NCBI GenBank assembly: GCA_965214405.1
Contig: OZ243956.1
Location: 416,001-480,000 of the forward strand
Length of the DNA: 64,000 nt
Reading direction: 5' to 3'
Origin: Trueperaceae bacterium
GTDB taxonomy: Bacteria; Deinococcota; Deinococci; Deinococcales; Trueperaceae
The stretch's first letter is position 1; each line of letters starts with the position of its first letter. The notes beneath the pieces are model-generated. The model searched no databases, was not told the origin of the DNA, and saw nothing but the letters and a program-made list of their open reading frames with translations. Made by a program: the position numbers and the translations under genes. This document shows positions 1-10,382 of the stretch, in pieces.

Positions 1-64
1 CTTAACGTCTCAGAACGTCTCCCCCCTTCCGAACCTGTCACGCTTCGTCGCTTAAACTAAACGT

Positions 65-1243
65 ATGAAAACGCACCCCCTACTTTCTCGCGCTCTCTTC
101 GGTTTACACATTCTCAGCCTCGTCCTCGTGCTTATCGCCTGTAACGAGCCGTCCAACGCTCAAAACGCTGCGGTGAGGCTCGAGCCCTTTGTTAACGGCT
201 TTACTCAACCTCTTTTTGTGACCCCCGCGGGCGACGGCTCGGGGCGGCTTTTTGTGGTGGAGCAGCGGGGGCGGGTGCGTGTTGTAGAGGACGGCGAAGT
301 CCTGGATGAGCCTTTTTTAGACGTGTCCGACCTCGTCTCGTGCTGCGGCGAGCGGGGGCTTTTGGGGCTGGCCTTTCACCCCGGTTTTGAAGAGAACGGC
401 CTTTTTTACGTGAACTACACGAACACCTCCGGCAATACGGTCGTCGCGGAATACCGCGCGTCGGATGATTTAACGCGGGCGGATCCGGGCTCGGGCACGA
501 CGCTGCTCACCATCCCTCAGCCCTACGGCAACCATAACGGCGGTCATCTCGCCTTTGGCCCCGACGGCTACCTCTACATCGGCACGGGCGACGGCGGCAG
601 CGGGGGCGACCCGGAGGAGAACGGGCAAGACTTGAGCACGCTGCTGGGCGCACTTCTGCGAATCGACGTAGATGGCGGCGCGGCCACCGGTGAGGCCTAC
701 AGCATCCCCGAGAGCAATCCCTTTGTAAGCACCGAGGGCGCGCGTCCCGAGATTTGGGCCTACGGCCTCCGCAACCCCTGGCGCTTCTCGTTTGACCGCG
801 AGACGGGCGACTTGTGGATTGGCGACGTGGGGCAGAACGAATGGGAAGAAATCGACGTCGAGCCCTCTGGGGGCGCGGGCGGCGAGAACTACGGCTGGAA
901 CGTGATGGAGGGGGCGCACTGCTTTGAGCCCGCCACGGGCTGCGACGAAACGGGCCTGGTGCTGCCGGTACTCGAGTACCCCCACAGCGAGGGCTCCTCG
1001 GTGACCGGCGGCTACCGCTACCGCGGCGCGGCGCTACCCGAGCTCGTCGGCACCTACGTTTTTGGCGACTTTACAAGCGGGCGCATCTGGGGCGCGACCG
1101 AAAACGGCGACGGAGGTTTTTCCTCCGAAGAACTCGTCAACGCGGGCTTCCGCATCTCGACGTTTGGCGAAGACGAGGCGGGCGAGCTTTATGTGGCTGA
1201 CTACAGCGGAGGGACGCTTTACAAGCTCACCCCGAACGAGTAA
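65..1243 (+). CDS. PQQ-dependent sugar (glucose/sorbosone) dehydrogenase family lipoprotein
   Basis: Lipobox LIAC; GSDH motifs GERGLLGLAFHP, NHNGG, FGPDGYLY, GLRNPWRFSFD, DVGQ; TAAACT 6 nt before the ATG. Confidence 0.85.
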   Translation: MKTHPLLSRALFGLHILSLVLVLIACNEPSNAQNAAVRLEPFVNGFTQPLFVTPAGDGSGRLFVVEQRGRVRVVEDGEVLDEPFLDVSDLVSCCGERGLLGLAFHPGFEENGLFYVNYTNTSGNTVVAEYRASDDLTRADPGSGTTLLTIPQPYGNHNGGHLAFGPDGYLYIGTGDGGSGGDPEENGQDLSTLLGALLRIDVDGGAATGEAYSIPESNPFVSTEGARPEIWAYGLRNPWRFSFDRETGDLWIGDVGQNEWEEIDVEPSGGAGGENYGWNVMEGAHCFEPATGCDETGLVLPVLEYPHSEGSSVTGGYRYRGAALPELVGTYVFGDFTSGRIWGATENGDGGFSSEELVNAGFRISTFGEDEAGELYVADYSGGTLYKLTPNE

Positions 1244-1285
1244 GCCGCAGCGCGTTCGGCTCGAGAGCTGGAGTTACGAGTACCG

Positions 1286-1323
1286 AGGACTGAGACTCCG
1301 TTCGTCTCAGTCCTTTCTTTTTT
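1286..1323 (+). terminator. Intrinsic terminator after the dehydrogenase gene
   Basis: Stem AGGACTGAGAC/GTCTCAGTCCT followed by a T-rich tract. Confidence 0.6.
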
Positions 1324-1383
1324 GCACTCGCCAATGCAACGCGGCTTGCGGGCGCTTTTCACGCGTCCTGCTATCATTGAAAG

Positions 1384-2043
1384 GTGAATGAACCGTTTGT
1401 GGTGCGTGATTTGGGCCGAATGGATTATCGAGAGGCTTGGGACGTGCAGCTCGCTATCCACAAGGCCGTCGCCGAACGTGACGCGCCGCCGACGCTGATG
1501 TTGGTCGAGCACCCGCCCGTCATCACCTTTGGCAAAAAGGGCGGGCGAAGCAATCTGCTGACGAACGAAGGTCTTTTAATAAAGCAAGGCTTTGCCCTCT
1601 ACGATATAGAGCGCGGCGGCGACGTGACGTACCACGGGCCGGGGCAGCTCGTCGGCTATCCCATTTTTAGGGTGGGGCGCAGGGTGCGGGATTATTTGCG
1701 GAGTTTAGAAGCTGTGATGGTTCAAGTTCTGGCGGAGTACGGGCTCGAGAGTACGGGTAGCCCCGGCTACGCGGGCGTGTGGGTGGGCGACGAAAAAGTG
1801 GTGGCGATTGGCGTGGCGGTCAAGCGCGACGTGTCGTTTCACGGCTTTGCCATGAACGTGCATACCGACCTGACGCACTTCGCCCACATCGTCCCCTGCG
1901 GGCTGGCCGATAAAGGCGTGACGAGTTTGTCTGGGCTGCTCGAGCGCCACGTGACCTTAGACGAGATTAAACCCAAACTAGTTCGCGCCTTTTACAACGT
2001 GTTCACTTCCCAAGAAACGGTTCGAGAGACGGTGGCATCATGA
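1384..2043 (+). CDS. lipB: Lipoyl(octanoyl) transferase
   Basis: Motifs [35 protein letters not shown]; directly upstream of lipA; TATCAT 6 nt before the GTG. Confidence 0.95.
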   Translation: MNEPFVVRDLGRMDYREAWDVQLAIHKAVAERDAPPTLMLVEHPPVITFGKKGGRSNLLTNEGLLIKQGFALYDIERGGDVTYHGPGQLVGYPIFRVGRRVRDYLRSLEAVMVQVLAEYGLESTGSPGYAGVWVGDEKVVAIGVAVKRDVSFHGFAMNVHTDLTHFAHIVPCGLADKGVTSLSGLLERHVTLDEIKPKLVRAFYNVFTSQETVRETVAS

Positions 2044-2987
2044 TTAAACTAGAAGACATCAAAGTCGTCAAAAACGGCGTTCAGCGCAAGAACTTGTCAA
2101 ACGTGCCGCGCGAGCGCAAGCCCGACTGGCTCAAGGTCAAGCTGCCGACGGGCACGAAGTATGGCGAGGTCAAGAGCACCGTGCGCGAGCACCGCCTTTC
2201 GACGGTCTGCGAAGAAGCGATGTGCCCCAACATCGCCGAGTGCTGGAGCGCCGGGACCGCGACGATTATGCTGATGGGTTCGGTATGCACCCGCGCCTGC
2301 CGCTTTTGCGCGGTGGACACGGGCAACCCCAAAGGCCGCTTGGACCCCGATGAACCGAGGTTGGCCGCCGACTCGGTCAAGCTGATGGGTCTAAAGTACG
2401 TGGTGCTCACCTCCGTAGACCGCGACGACCTGAGTGACGGCGGCTCGAGCCACTACGCCGCCTGCATCCGCGAAATCAAGCGGGTCAACCCGGACACCGC
2501 CGTCGAGGCCTTGACGCCCGACTTTGCGGGTGATACCAGTGCGGTACAGGTGGTGCTCGAGGCGGGCGTCGAAGTCTACGCGCAAAACTTAGAGACCGTG
2601 AGACGCCTCACGCATCCCGTGCGTGACCCAAGGGCGGGCTATGAACAGACCTTAAACGTTTTGGCGTACGCCAAGCAATCCCGCCCCGACGTGCTCACCA
2701 AAACGAGCTTGATGCTGGGTCTGGGCGAAACCGACGAGGAAATTTTGGAGGCGATGGACGACCTCCGCGCGGCGGGCGTCGACATCGTCACCTTTGGGCA
2801 GTACCTCCGCCCGACGCCCGCGCACCTGCCGGTCGCGCGCTACGTACCGCCTGAGGACTTCACACGCTACCGCGACGTAGGGCTTGCCAAAGGCTTTTTA
2901 GAAGTCGTGTCGGGGCCGTTGGTGCGTTCGTCGTACCGGGCGGAGCGGGCGTTGGAGAAAAATAATGTGGGGTTGGCGGCGGTTTAG
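2040..2987 (+). CDS. lipA: Lipoyl synthase
   Basis: [13 protein letters not shown] and radical-[11 protein letters not shown] motifs; C-terminal VRSSY. Confidence 0.97.
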   Translation: MIKLEDIKVVKNGVQRKNLSNVPRERKPDWLKVKLPTGTKYGEVKSTVREHRLSTVCEEAMCPNIAECWSAGTATIMLMGSVCTRACRFCAVDTGNPKGRLDPDEPRLAADSVKLMGLKYVVLTSVDRDDLSDGGSSHYAACIREIKRVNPDTAVEALTPDFAGDTSAVQVVLEAGVEVYAQNLETVRRLTHPVRDPRAGYEQTLNVLAYAKQSRPDVLTKTSLMLGLGETDEEILEAMDDLRAAGVDIVTFGQYLRPTPAHLPVARYVPPEDFTRYRDVGLAKGFLEVVSGPLVRSSYRAERALEKNNVGLAAV

Positions 2988-3037
2988 CGGGCTTAAGCCG
3001 TGTTGGAGGGGCGGGGTGACTCGAGCCCCGCGGTGCT

Positions 3038-3619
3038 CTAAACCGTTACTTCAACCTGAGCCGCACCACCCTGATTAATCACCTCTTCGCTCGCCTCTTT
3101 GAACGCCTCAATACCTTTCAAAATAAGCCTGTGCATCTCCCTTTCACCGCGCCAGCCGTCCACTTTGGTTTCTTTGCCCTCGAGTTCTTTATAGATATTA
3201 AAGAAATGCTCGATCTCACGCAGGCGGTGGCGGGAAACGCTGTCTAGGTGACGGTTGCCGTCGTAACGGGGGTCGTCGGCGGGCACGGCGATGAGCTTTT
3301 GGTCCCCGCCCTTTTCGTCGCTCATCTCCAAATAACCCAAAGGACGCACCTGCAAGACCACGCCGGGGAAGGTGGGCGCGTTCATGAGGACGATGACGTC
3401 GATCGGGTCGCCGTCTTCAGCGAGCGTGCTCGGGATAAAGCCGTAGTCGCCGGGGTAGTGCAGCGGGCTGTATAAAACCCGGTCGAGCCGGAACACGCCC
3501 TGGTCCGGGTCGTATTCATACTTGTTGGAAGAGTTCATCGGCACTTCTATCACCGCTTGGACGATGTCCGGAGCGCGGTCGCCGACGGGCAGATGGTAAA
3601 GATTTTTGGGGATGCTCAT
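3038..3619 (-). CDS. ppa: Soluble family I inorganic pyrophosphatase
   Basis: KYEYD, YPGDYGFIP, DGDPID, EIEHFF motifs. Start moved to ATG 3619 (MSIPKN), which follows an AGGAG RBS. Confidence 0.93.
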   Translation of the reverse strand: MSIPKNLYHLPVGDRAPDIVQAVIEVPMNSSNKYEYDPDQGVFRLDRVLYSPLHYPGDYGFIPSTLAEDGDPIDVIVLMNAPTFPGVVLQVRPLGYLEMSDEKGGDQKLIAVPADDPRYDGNRHLDSVSRHRLREIEHFFNIYKELEGKETKVDGWRGEREMHRLILKGIEAFKEASEEVINQGGAAQVEVTV

Positions 3620-3855
3620 GTCACTCCTAACGAACCTTTCGGGGCGCAGCCAGCGCGCCGTACTGTGACACTTTAGCCCAACCGCCGCCCCCTTTGCGCC
3701 AAATATACCCCAGTCCCCGTGAGGCGAAAGGAAAGCGAAGGGCAGGATTTGCAGTGAGGCTTGTGGTAACGGACTCACGACGGACCAAGGTACAACGACC
3801 TCAGCTCGCCAGAAGCGCGGAGGCTACCCCTATGTTAGACTCTCGTGTTTGACTC

Positions 3856-3875
3856 AACACTTAATACTAAGTGTT
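3856..3875. promoter_or_regulatory. Palindromic operator candidate between ppa and hppA
   Basis: AACACTTA-ATAC-TAAGTGTT has perfect 8-bp inverted arms and lies in the divergent intergenic region. Confidence 0.45.
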
Positions 3876-3952
3876 AGACACGGGTAGCAACCCTGACTCA
3901 AAACCCCGAAGCGGGGTGGGGGAGCACCCCAAATCAACTTGGAGGCAGTATC

Positions 3953-6085
3953 TTGGACGTACTACTCTTGCTTATCCCGCTCGCGGCTGTGGCCGCGCTC
4001 GTCATGGCGGGCGTGCTCGCCAGAGGGATTTTGGGAGCGGAAACGGGCAACGCGCGCATGGTGGATATCTCGGACGCGGTCAAGCAGGGCGCGCAAGCCT
4101 ACATGAACCGCCAGTACGCGACGATCACGGTGGTGGCGCTCGTCATCGCGGCTATTTTTGCGCTCGTCGCGCTCCTGAGCGACGGCTTTCAGGCGACGCT
4201 GTGGTGGTGGACGACGGTGGGCTTTTTGGTGGGCGCGCTCTTTTCGGCCATCAGCGGCTACGTGGGCATGAACATCGCGGTGCGCGCCAACGTGCGCGTG
4301 GCGCAAGCGGCCAGGGGCAGCTTAAAGGGCGCACTCAAAATCGCCTTTAACGGCGGCGCGGTGGCGGGTTTGGCGGTGGCGGGGCTCGCCCTGCTGGGCG
4401 TGTCGGGCTTCTTTTACCTGTTTTATGTGGTGAGCGGGCTCGAGAATCCCGTCGAACCCCTTATCGGCTTCGCTTTCGGCGCGAGCTTGATTAGCCTCTT
4501 CGCGCGCGTGGGCGGCGGTATTTACACCAAGGCCGCCGACGTGGGCGCGGACCTTGTCGGCAAGGTCGAGGCGGGCATCCCCGAGGACGACCCGCGCAAC
4601 CCGGCGGTCATCGCAGACAACGTGGGCGACAACGTCGGCGACTGCGCGGGCATGGGCGCGGACCTTTTCGAGACTTACGCGGTGACCGTCATCGGCGCGG
4701 TGTTTCTGGGGTACCTGCTGCCCGGCGTCGACCCGGTAACGGGCGTCGCCGCGGTGACTCAGCTCGTCACCTTTCCGCTCGTGCTGGGCGCGATAGCGAT
4801 TCTCGCCAGTATCGCGGGGATCTACTTTGTGCGTTTAGGAAGCAACGGGAACATCATGCAGGCGCTCTACAAGGGCGTCTACGCGAGCGCGGGTATCAGC
4901 GTGGTGGGCTTTTTCGTTGCGTCCATCGTCATGTTTAACGGCTTTGACTTCGCCGCGCTGCCCGCGTTTGGGAGCGGGGTGAGCTGGCTGGGGATTTTCG
5001 GCTCGAGCGTCGTCGGCTTGGCCGTGACTTTGGGCCTCATGTTCATCACCGAATACTACACCGGCACCCGCTTCGCGCCCGTGCAGCGCATCGCCAGGGC
5101 CTCCGAAACGGGGAGCGCGACGAACATCATCAGCGGGCTCGCGGTGGGGATGCAGAGCACTTGCGTGCCCGTACTCATGTTGGCGGTGGCGATTTACCTC
5201 TCCTTCCTCTTCGCCGGGCTCTACGGCATCGCCGTCGCGGCGGTCGCCATGCTCTCGGTCACGGGCATGATCGTGGCGATGGACACCTACGGCCCCATCA
5301 CCGACAACGCCGGGGGCATCGCCGAGATGAGCGAGCTGCCCGACGAGGTGCGCGAGACGACCGACGCGCTAGACGCCGTCGGCAACACCACCAAGGCGGT
5401 GACCAAGGGCTACGCGGTGGGCTCGGCGGCCTTGGCGGCGCTTGTCTTGTTTGCCGACTACAGTGAACGGCTGGCGAGGGAGAGCGAACGCCTGGCGCTG
5501 GGCGAGCTCGTCTTTAGGCTGAATGATCCCATCGTGCTGTTAGGACTCTTTATCGGCGCGATGCTGCCCTTTTTGTTTTCCGCCTTTTTGATGGAGTCGG
5601 TCGGCAAGGCGGCGGGCAGCGTGATTGAAGAGGTGCGCCGCCAGTTCCGCACCATCCCCGGCATCATGGAGGGCACCGCGCGGCCCGAGTACGGCACCTG
5701 CGTGGACATCGTGACGCGCGCCGCGCTCCGCGAGATGGCCTTGCCCGGCCTCCTGGCGGTCGTCGCGCCCCTCATCGTCGGTTTTCTGTGGGGACCTCTG
5801 GCGTTGGGCGGCCTGCTCATCGGCGTGACGGGTTCAGGGCTGATGATGGCGCTGATGATGTCCAACGGCGGCGGGGCCTGGGACAACGCCAAAAAGTACA
5901 TCGAGGACGGCAACTACGGCGGCAAAGGCTCGGACGCGCACGCCGCCGCGGTCGTGGGCGACACCGTCGGCGACCCCTACAAGGACACGGCGGGGCCGTC
6001 CATCAACCCGCTTATCAAAGTAATTAACACGGTGGCGCTCATTTTTGCGGGCATCATTGCGACGGTGGGCGGTGTTCTACTGTAA
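3953..6085 (+). CDS. hppA: Membrane-bound H+-translocating pyrophosphatase, K+-independent type
   Basis: [20 protein letters not shown] and GGAWDNAKK motifs; GNTTKA carries the Lys that marks K+-independent H+-PPases; GGAGG RBS before the TTG. Confidence 0.93.
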   Translation: MDVLLLLIPLAAVAALVMAGVLARGILGAETGNARMVDISDAVKQGAQAYMNRQYATITVVALVIAAIFALVALLSDGFQATLWWWTTVGFLVGALFSAISGYVGMNIAVRANVRVAQAARGSLKGALKIAFNGGAVAGLAVAGLALLGVSGFFYLFYVVSGLENPVEPLIGFAFGASLISLFARVGGGIYTKAADVGADLVGKVEAGIPEDDPRNPAVIADNVGDNVGDCAGMGADLFETYAVTVIGAVFLGYLLPGVDPVTGVAAVTQLVTFPLVLGAIAILASIAGIYFVRLGSNGNIMQALYKGVYASAGISVVGFFVASIVMFNGFDFAALPAFGSGVSWLGIFGSSVVGLAVTLGLMFITEYYTGTRFAPVQRIARASETGSATNIISGLAVGMQSTCVPVLMLAVAIYLSFLFAGLYGIAVAAVAMLSVTGMIVAMDTYGPITDNAGGIAEMSELPDEVRETTDALDAVGNTTKAVTKGYAVGSAALAALVLFADYSERLARESERLALGELVFRLNDPIVLLGLFIGAMLPFLFSAFLMESVGKAAGSVIEEVRRQFRTIPGIMEGTARPEYGTCVDIVTRAALREMALPGLLAVVAPLIVGFLWGPLALGGLLIGVTGSGLMMALMMSNGGGAWDNAKKYIEDGNYGGKGSDAHAAAVVGDTVGDPYKDTAGPSINPLIKVINTVALIFAGIIATVGGVLL

Positions 6086-6123
6086 GTTTTAGGCAAATTT
6101 TAAGGAACGGTTCAGCCTCGAGC

Positions 6124-6156
6124 GCCCGCCCCCACCAAAACGGGGCGGGCTTTTTT
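6124..6156 (+). terminator. Intrinsic terminator after hppA
   Basis: GCCCGCCCC...GGGGCGGGC stem followed by T6. Confidence 0.8.
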
Positions 6157-6195
6157 GTTAAGCTGACGCGTGTATTTTTTACAGGACCGGGTGAC

Positions 6196-6570
6196 GTGGT
6201 TCTTCTCGGCGTGATGATTGGCGGCGCGTTGGGGGCGCTTTCGCGTTACCTCGCCGACGTCACCCTGCAAGGCGCGTTCTTTGGGGGCTTTCCGTTCGCC
6301 ACGCTGCTTGTGAACGTGGTGGGGTCGTTTTTGCTGTCGTTTTTGGTGTACTCGAGCATCCCAATAAACCCCGCACTTCGCGCCGCCATCGGCACGGGGT
6401 TTATTGGCGCGTTGACAACCTTTTCCACCTTTGAGGTGGAAGTCGAAGGCTTGTGGCGGAGCGGTCATGGTGTACAAGCCGCCCTTTACGGCCTCGGCAA
6501 CCTCGTCATGGGCTTTGGGGCTGTGCTGCTCGGACGCTTTTTGGCGGAGCGGCTTGGCGGGGCAGTCTAG
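6196..6570 (+). CDS. crcB: Fluoride channel Fluc/CrcB
   Basis: GGALGALSRY, FPFATLLVN and GFIGALTTFSTF motifs; four hydrophobic segments. Confidence 0.92.
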   Translation: MVLLGVMIGGALGALSRYLADVTLQGAFFGGFPFATLLVNVVGSFLLSFLVYSSIPINPALRAAIGTGFIGALTTFSTFEVEVEGLWRSGHGVQAALYGLGNLVMGFGAVLLGRFLAERLGGAV

Positions 6571-7145
6571 CTCGGTTCGGGAATGATGTTTTCTAGAAAA
6601 TACCGGTGGATGCGCCCGTCGCTCGAGAGTTCCGGGTGAAACACCGTCGCCATCAGCCTATCCCCCGCGACCATCACGGGGTCACCGTCGTAGCGCGCCA
6701 CGACCTCCACCCCGGCCCCTGTATGGGTAATGCGCGGCGCGCGGATGAACACAGCGGGGAAGGGTTCATTGAGTCCTGTTACTTCGACATCCGCCTCGAA
6801 CGACGCCACCTGCCGCCCGTAGGCGTTGCGCGCGACGCTGATGTCGAGAAGCCCCAGCCGCGGCTGTTCTGGAAAACCCACGATGTCCGTGGCGACAGCG
6901 ATAGCCCCCGCGCAGGTGCCCCAAAGCGCACCGCCTTCGTTATAATAGTCTCTAAGCGCCTCATCAAGCCCGTAGGCCGCCATGAGCTTTGCCATCGTCG
7001 TGGATTCGCCGCCGGGGATGACGACGCCGGAGAGCCCCGCCAACTGCCTCGGCAGGCGCACTTCGGTCACCTCGGCCTCGAGCCCTTCCAACACCCTTTT
7101 ATGTTCACGAAATGCGCCTTGGAGCGCGAGCACGCCGACTTTCAT
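6567..7145 (-). CDS. pdxT: Pyridoxal 5'-phosphate synthase glutaminase subunit
   Basis: GVLALQGAF, PGGESTT, GTCAG, FIRAP, FHPEL; start at ATG 7145 (MKVGVL). Confidence 0.95.
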   Translation of the reverse strand: MKVGVLALQGAFREHKRVLEGLEAEVTEVRLPRQLAGLSGVVIPGGESTTMAKLMAAYGLDEALRDYYNEGGALWGTCAGAIAVATDIVGFPEQPRLGLLDISVARNAYGRQVASFEADVEVTGLNEPFPAVFIRAPRITHTGAGVEVVARYDGDPVMVAGDRLMATVFHPELSSDGRIHRYFLENIIPEPS

Positions 7146-7173
7146 GCCCTCATCATGGCACAGCTTTTTACAC

Positions 7174-8091
7174 TTACGGGTTAGCCGCCCGCACCGCGTC
7201 AAGAATGGCCGCCGCGACGGTTTCTTGCACCGCTACCGTCAGGAGCATGAGCGGCACCTCCGGCCCGGTACCCGTACTCAGCGCAAAACTCGTGTCGCCG
7301 TCGTGGAGCGTATGCGACGGGCGCGTCACGCGGGCGATGCCGACGTGGGCGCTGTCGGCGAGCACCTTGGCCTGGATCTTTGACAAAGGCGCGTCGGTTG
7401 CCACGACGACTAAAGTTGTGTTGGTTCCAGGGATTGCAGAGGACGGGGTGAAAAACTCGAGCATCTCCCCCACCGGACGCGTGCCATCAGGTTCTCGAGC
7501 GCCCGCCACCACCTGACCCGTCTGCGGGTCCACGATGTCGCCTACCGGATTGACCACGGCGAGCGCTGCAAGCGTCGCGCCCTGGACTTCCCGAACAGCG
7601 TTTCCCAAGCCGCTAAGTTGCGCCTTGTCAAAACCTGCGTACTTGCCGCACGTCGCCCCGGTACCCGCGCCGGTGCGGCCACTCGCCACAGGTTCCGATG
7701 ACGCGTGTTCGGCAGCGTAACGCCCCTCCACCAGGCCGGGCCTGACTTTCGGGTCGCCCACACCAAGGTCATAAATCACCGCGGCGGGCACGATGGGCAC
7801 CCTTGCGAACGGCGTCTCGAGGCCAACGTTCTGCGCCTCTAAAAAATCCACCACCCCTTGCGCCGCCGCCAGTCCAAAGGCGCTGCCGCCCGAAAGCACC
7901 ACCGCGTGAACCCGCTCGACACTCTTTTCGGGTGCCAGAAGAGCGGTTTCCCTCGAGCCGGGTGCGCTCCCCCGCACACTCCCCGACGCCACACAGCCGT
8001 CAGGCGGGCAGAGGACGACGGTACAGCCTGTGGCGGCGTCTGAGTTCGTCCAGTGACCGACCTTTAGGCCCGTGACCGCAGTGAGCGACAT
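7174..8091 (-). CDS. Peptidase family S58 (DmpA/P1-type aminopeptidase)
   Basis: GLKVGH, GGSAFGL, GAGTGA, NTTLVVVATD, HDGDT motifs. Confidence 0.85.
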   Translation of the reverse strand: MSLTAVTGLKVGHWTNSDAATGCTVVLCPPDGCVASGSVRGSAPGSRETALLAPEKSVERVHAVVLSGGSAFGLAAAQGVVDFLEAQNVGLETPFARVPIVPAAVIYDLGVGDPKVRPGLVEGRYAAEHASSEPVASGRTGAGTGATCGKYAGFDKAQLSGLGNAVREVQGATLAALAVVNPVGDIVDPQTGQVVAGAREPDGTRPVGEMLEFFTPSSAIPGTNTTLVVVATDAPLSKIQAKVLADSAHVGIARVTRPSHTLHDGDTSFALSTGTGPEVPLMLLTVAVQETVAAAILDAVRAANP

Positions 8092-8100
8092 GTACCTCAG

Positions 8101-10296
8101 CTAGTTGAGATAGCCGCTGAGGTCGTCGGGGCTCACGTCTATATATTGGACTTGGTCCGGAGGTGTCTCGGGGGTAGCGCGCTTTCTGGTGCGCTGGTCG
8201 ATGGCGACGGTGACGGTGATGGGCGTGGCGGTGAGCTGTTGCGCCCGGCCCGGTTCCGTTCCCTCGACGAAAGCCGCGTTAACGCCGTTTGCGCTCAATG
8301 TTCCCGTGTCCAAACTTATCTTGGCGAAGGTGACGCCCGGTGGCACAGGGTAGCCGTCGGGGCTTCCCGGCGTGCCGCGCAGCGCCGCCTCGACGAACTC
8401 TTTCCAGACGTAGATGGGTTGTCTCGAGGAGCCCACCGTTCCGTCCCCCGCCCGCGTGAGCGCGGGGTCAATCTTTTTGGGAATAGTCGAGGCGTCGTCA
8501 AAGCCAATCCACACCGCCGCGACGATGCCGGGGGTCATGCCCACAAACCAGATGTCCTTGTCATCATTCGTCGTGCCTGTTTTACCCGCCACCCAGCGCC
8601 CGTCAATCTGCGCGCGGCGGCTGTAAGCCCCAGGGTCGGTCACGTTGCCGTGCAGGAGGTCGAGCATGACGTAAGCGGTCGCCTCGCTCCACACACGCGT
8701 GTCGCGCTCTTTATGTTCCCAAATCACGTTACCCTCACCGTCTTCGATGCGCTCGATAAGGTGAGGCTGGGCGTGGACGCCGCCGTTGGCGAAGCTGCCC
8801 AGCGCGCTCGCGTGCTGCAAGGGCGTCACCTCATAGGAGCCGAGCGCGAGGGCCAGCGTGGGCTGCACCGTGTCATAACCGAGCTCGCGGGCTCTGGCCG
8901 TAACCGCCTCGGGTCCGACCGCCTCGACAAGTTTGGCGACCGGGATGTTGCGTGACAAATCTAGGTGCTGGCGCAACGTCTTGAGCCCGGAAAAGGTGTT
9001 GTCGTGGTTGTTGGGAACCCAGTCGGGGCCGCCCTGCTGCGCGAACGTGGTGCGCTCGTCGTCCACTAAGCTCGCCTGGGTATAGCCGCCCTGCTCGAGG
9101 GCGGTCGCATAGACGATGGGCTTAAACGAGCTGCCGGGCTGACGCCAGGCGTTAAGCGCGCGGTTGTAATCCTCCTCACGCTGACCCTCGACAAGATGCT
9201 CGCCCACCATCGCCAAAACATCACCCGATTTTGGGTCGAGCCCCACGATGGCAAGCTGCGCGCCCGGCGGCACCTCGGCGTCTTTGGAGGCCTGCATCGC
9301 CGCGCGCTGCGTGGACGGGTCGATGGTCGTGTAGACCCTGAAGCCGCCCGAGCCGAACACGACGCTCGCGCCGTAAAGCTCTTGGAGTTCGTTGCTCACG
9401 GCCAACGAGATGGATTTTGAAAGCTCCGAACTTACGCTCTCGGCGATGCGGATGCTCTCGCCCGTGCGCTGCGGCTCCCCGGCGATGTTGCCCGTAGCGT
9501 CGTAAGTCACGTTCCAGCCGGTCGGCTGAAGCGGCTCGAGCCACGCCCGCTCCGCCAACTCCCGACTCACCACGCCCTGCGCGACCATGTTGTCGAGCAC
9601 GCCGCGCATCCCTCTGCGCGTGTCCACAAAGTCCTCATACACACGGCTCGGCGCGGGCAAAAGGCGCGCCAAATAAAGGCCCTCGGCCAAACTCAACTGC
9701 GAGGGGTCCTTGTCAAAGTAAGCCTTGGCCGCTTGGCGAATCCCGTAGACGTTGCCGCCCCAATAGACCACGTTAATGTAGCGCTGCAAGATTTCCTCTT
9801 TGGTCAAGCGGCGCTCGAGTTCAACCGACAGCATCAGCTCTTTGAACTTGCGCTCTAAGGTCCTGTCCTCTTGGATGTCGCTCAGCACGGTATTTTTGAC
9901 CACCTGAAAGGTGATGCCCGAGCCCCCGCGACCGCCCCCGCCCAAAAACTCCAGATAGGTCGCCTTGAGGAGCGCGGGCGTGTCAAAGCCGTAGTGCCTA
10001 AAAAACTGGTCGTCCTCGGAGGCGACGATGGCGGCCAGCGCGGCGGGCGACACGTCCTCAAGGGCCACCGGAATCCGGTTCGTCGAGGCCTTGTCCGCCC
10101 CCGCCACCGGCACGAGTTCACCGATAAACTCCCCGTTCCGCCCAAAAATCTGCGTTGTCGCCGTGTAGTTGTACGCGTCCAACTCGCTCAAATCGGGCAA
10201 CTCCTGCGCCCACTTAAACGCCGACGCCGTTAACAACGCCGCGACTGACAGCACCACCGCGAGCAGCCCAAGAAAAAAACCTTGTAAAACTTTCAC
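8101..10296 (-). CDS. Class A penicillin-binding protein (transglycosylase-transpeptidase)
   Basis: EDDQFFRHYG, GGSGITFQVVKN, RKFKE; transpeptidase SSFK, SRN, KTG. Start GTG 10296 lies 6 nt after TATAAT. Confidence 0.92.
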   Translation of the reverse strand: MKVLQGFFLGLLAVVLSVAALLTASAFKWAQELPDLSELDAYNYTATTQIFGRNGEFIGELVPVAGADKASTNRIPVALEDVSPAALAAIVASEDDQFFRHYGFDTPALLKATYLEFLGGGGRGGSGITFQVVKNTVLSDIQEDRTLERKFKELMLSVELERRLTKEEILQRYINVVYWGGNVYGIRQAAKAYFDKDPSQLSLAEGLYLARLLPAPSRVYEDFVDTRRGMRGVLDNMVAQGVVSRELAERAWLEPLQPTGWNVTYDATGNIAGEPQRTGESIRIAESVSSELSKSISLAVSNELQELYGASVVFGSGGFRVYTTIDPSTQRAAMQASKDAEVPPGAQLAIVGLDPKSGDVLAMVGEHLVEGQREEDYNRALNAWRQPGSSFKPIVYATALEQGGYTQASLVDDERTTFAQQGGPDWVPNNHDNTFSGLKTLRQHLDLSRNIPVAKLVEAVGPEAVTARARELGYDTVQPTLALALGSYEVTPLQHASALGSFANGGVHAQPHLIERIEDGEGNVIWEHKERDTRVWSEATAYVMLDLLHGNVTDPGAYSRRAQIDGRWVAGKTGTTNDDKDIWFVGMTPGIVAAVWIGFDDASTIPKKIDPALTRAGDGTVGSSRQPIYVWKEFVEAALRGTPGSPDGYPVPPGVTFAKISLDTGTLSANGVNAAFVEGTEPGRAQQLTATPITVTVAIDQRTRKRATPETPPDQVQYIDVSPDDLSGYLN

Positions 10297-10311
10297 AGGG
10301 CGATTATACAG

Positions 10312-10379
10312 CAGTGGTGAGTGATGAGTGGGTAGTGGTGAGATTTTTCTAATCACTCACCACTAACCACTACCCACTG
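10312..10379. repeat. Heptamer-periodic inverted repeat hairpin
   Basis: An AGTGGTG/AGTGATG/AGTGGGT/AGTGGTG arm pairs with a CACTCAC/CACTAAC/CACTACC arm; lies between pdxS and the PBP gene. Confidence 0.7.
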
Positions 10380-10382
10380 CCT

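Noticed and set aside
6086..6195. Fluoride riboswitch upstream of crcB (also sought upstream of ppa and hppA)
   Set aside because: I could not find the crcB-motif consensus; this gap holds only a terminator.
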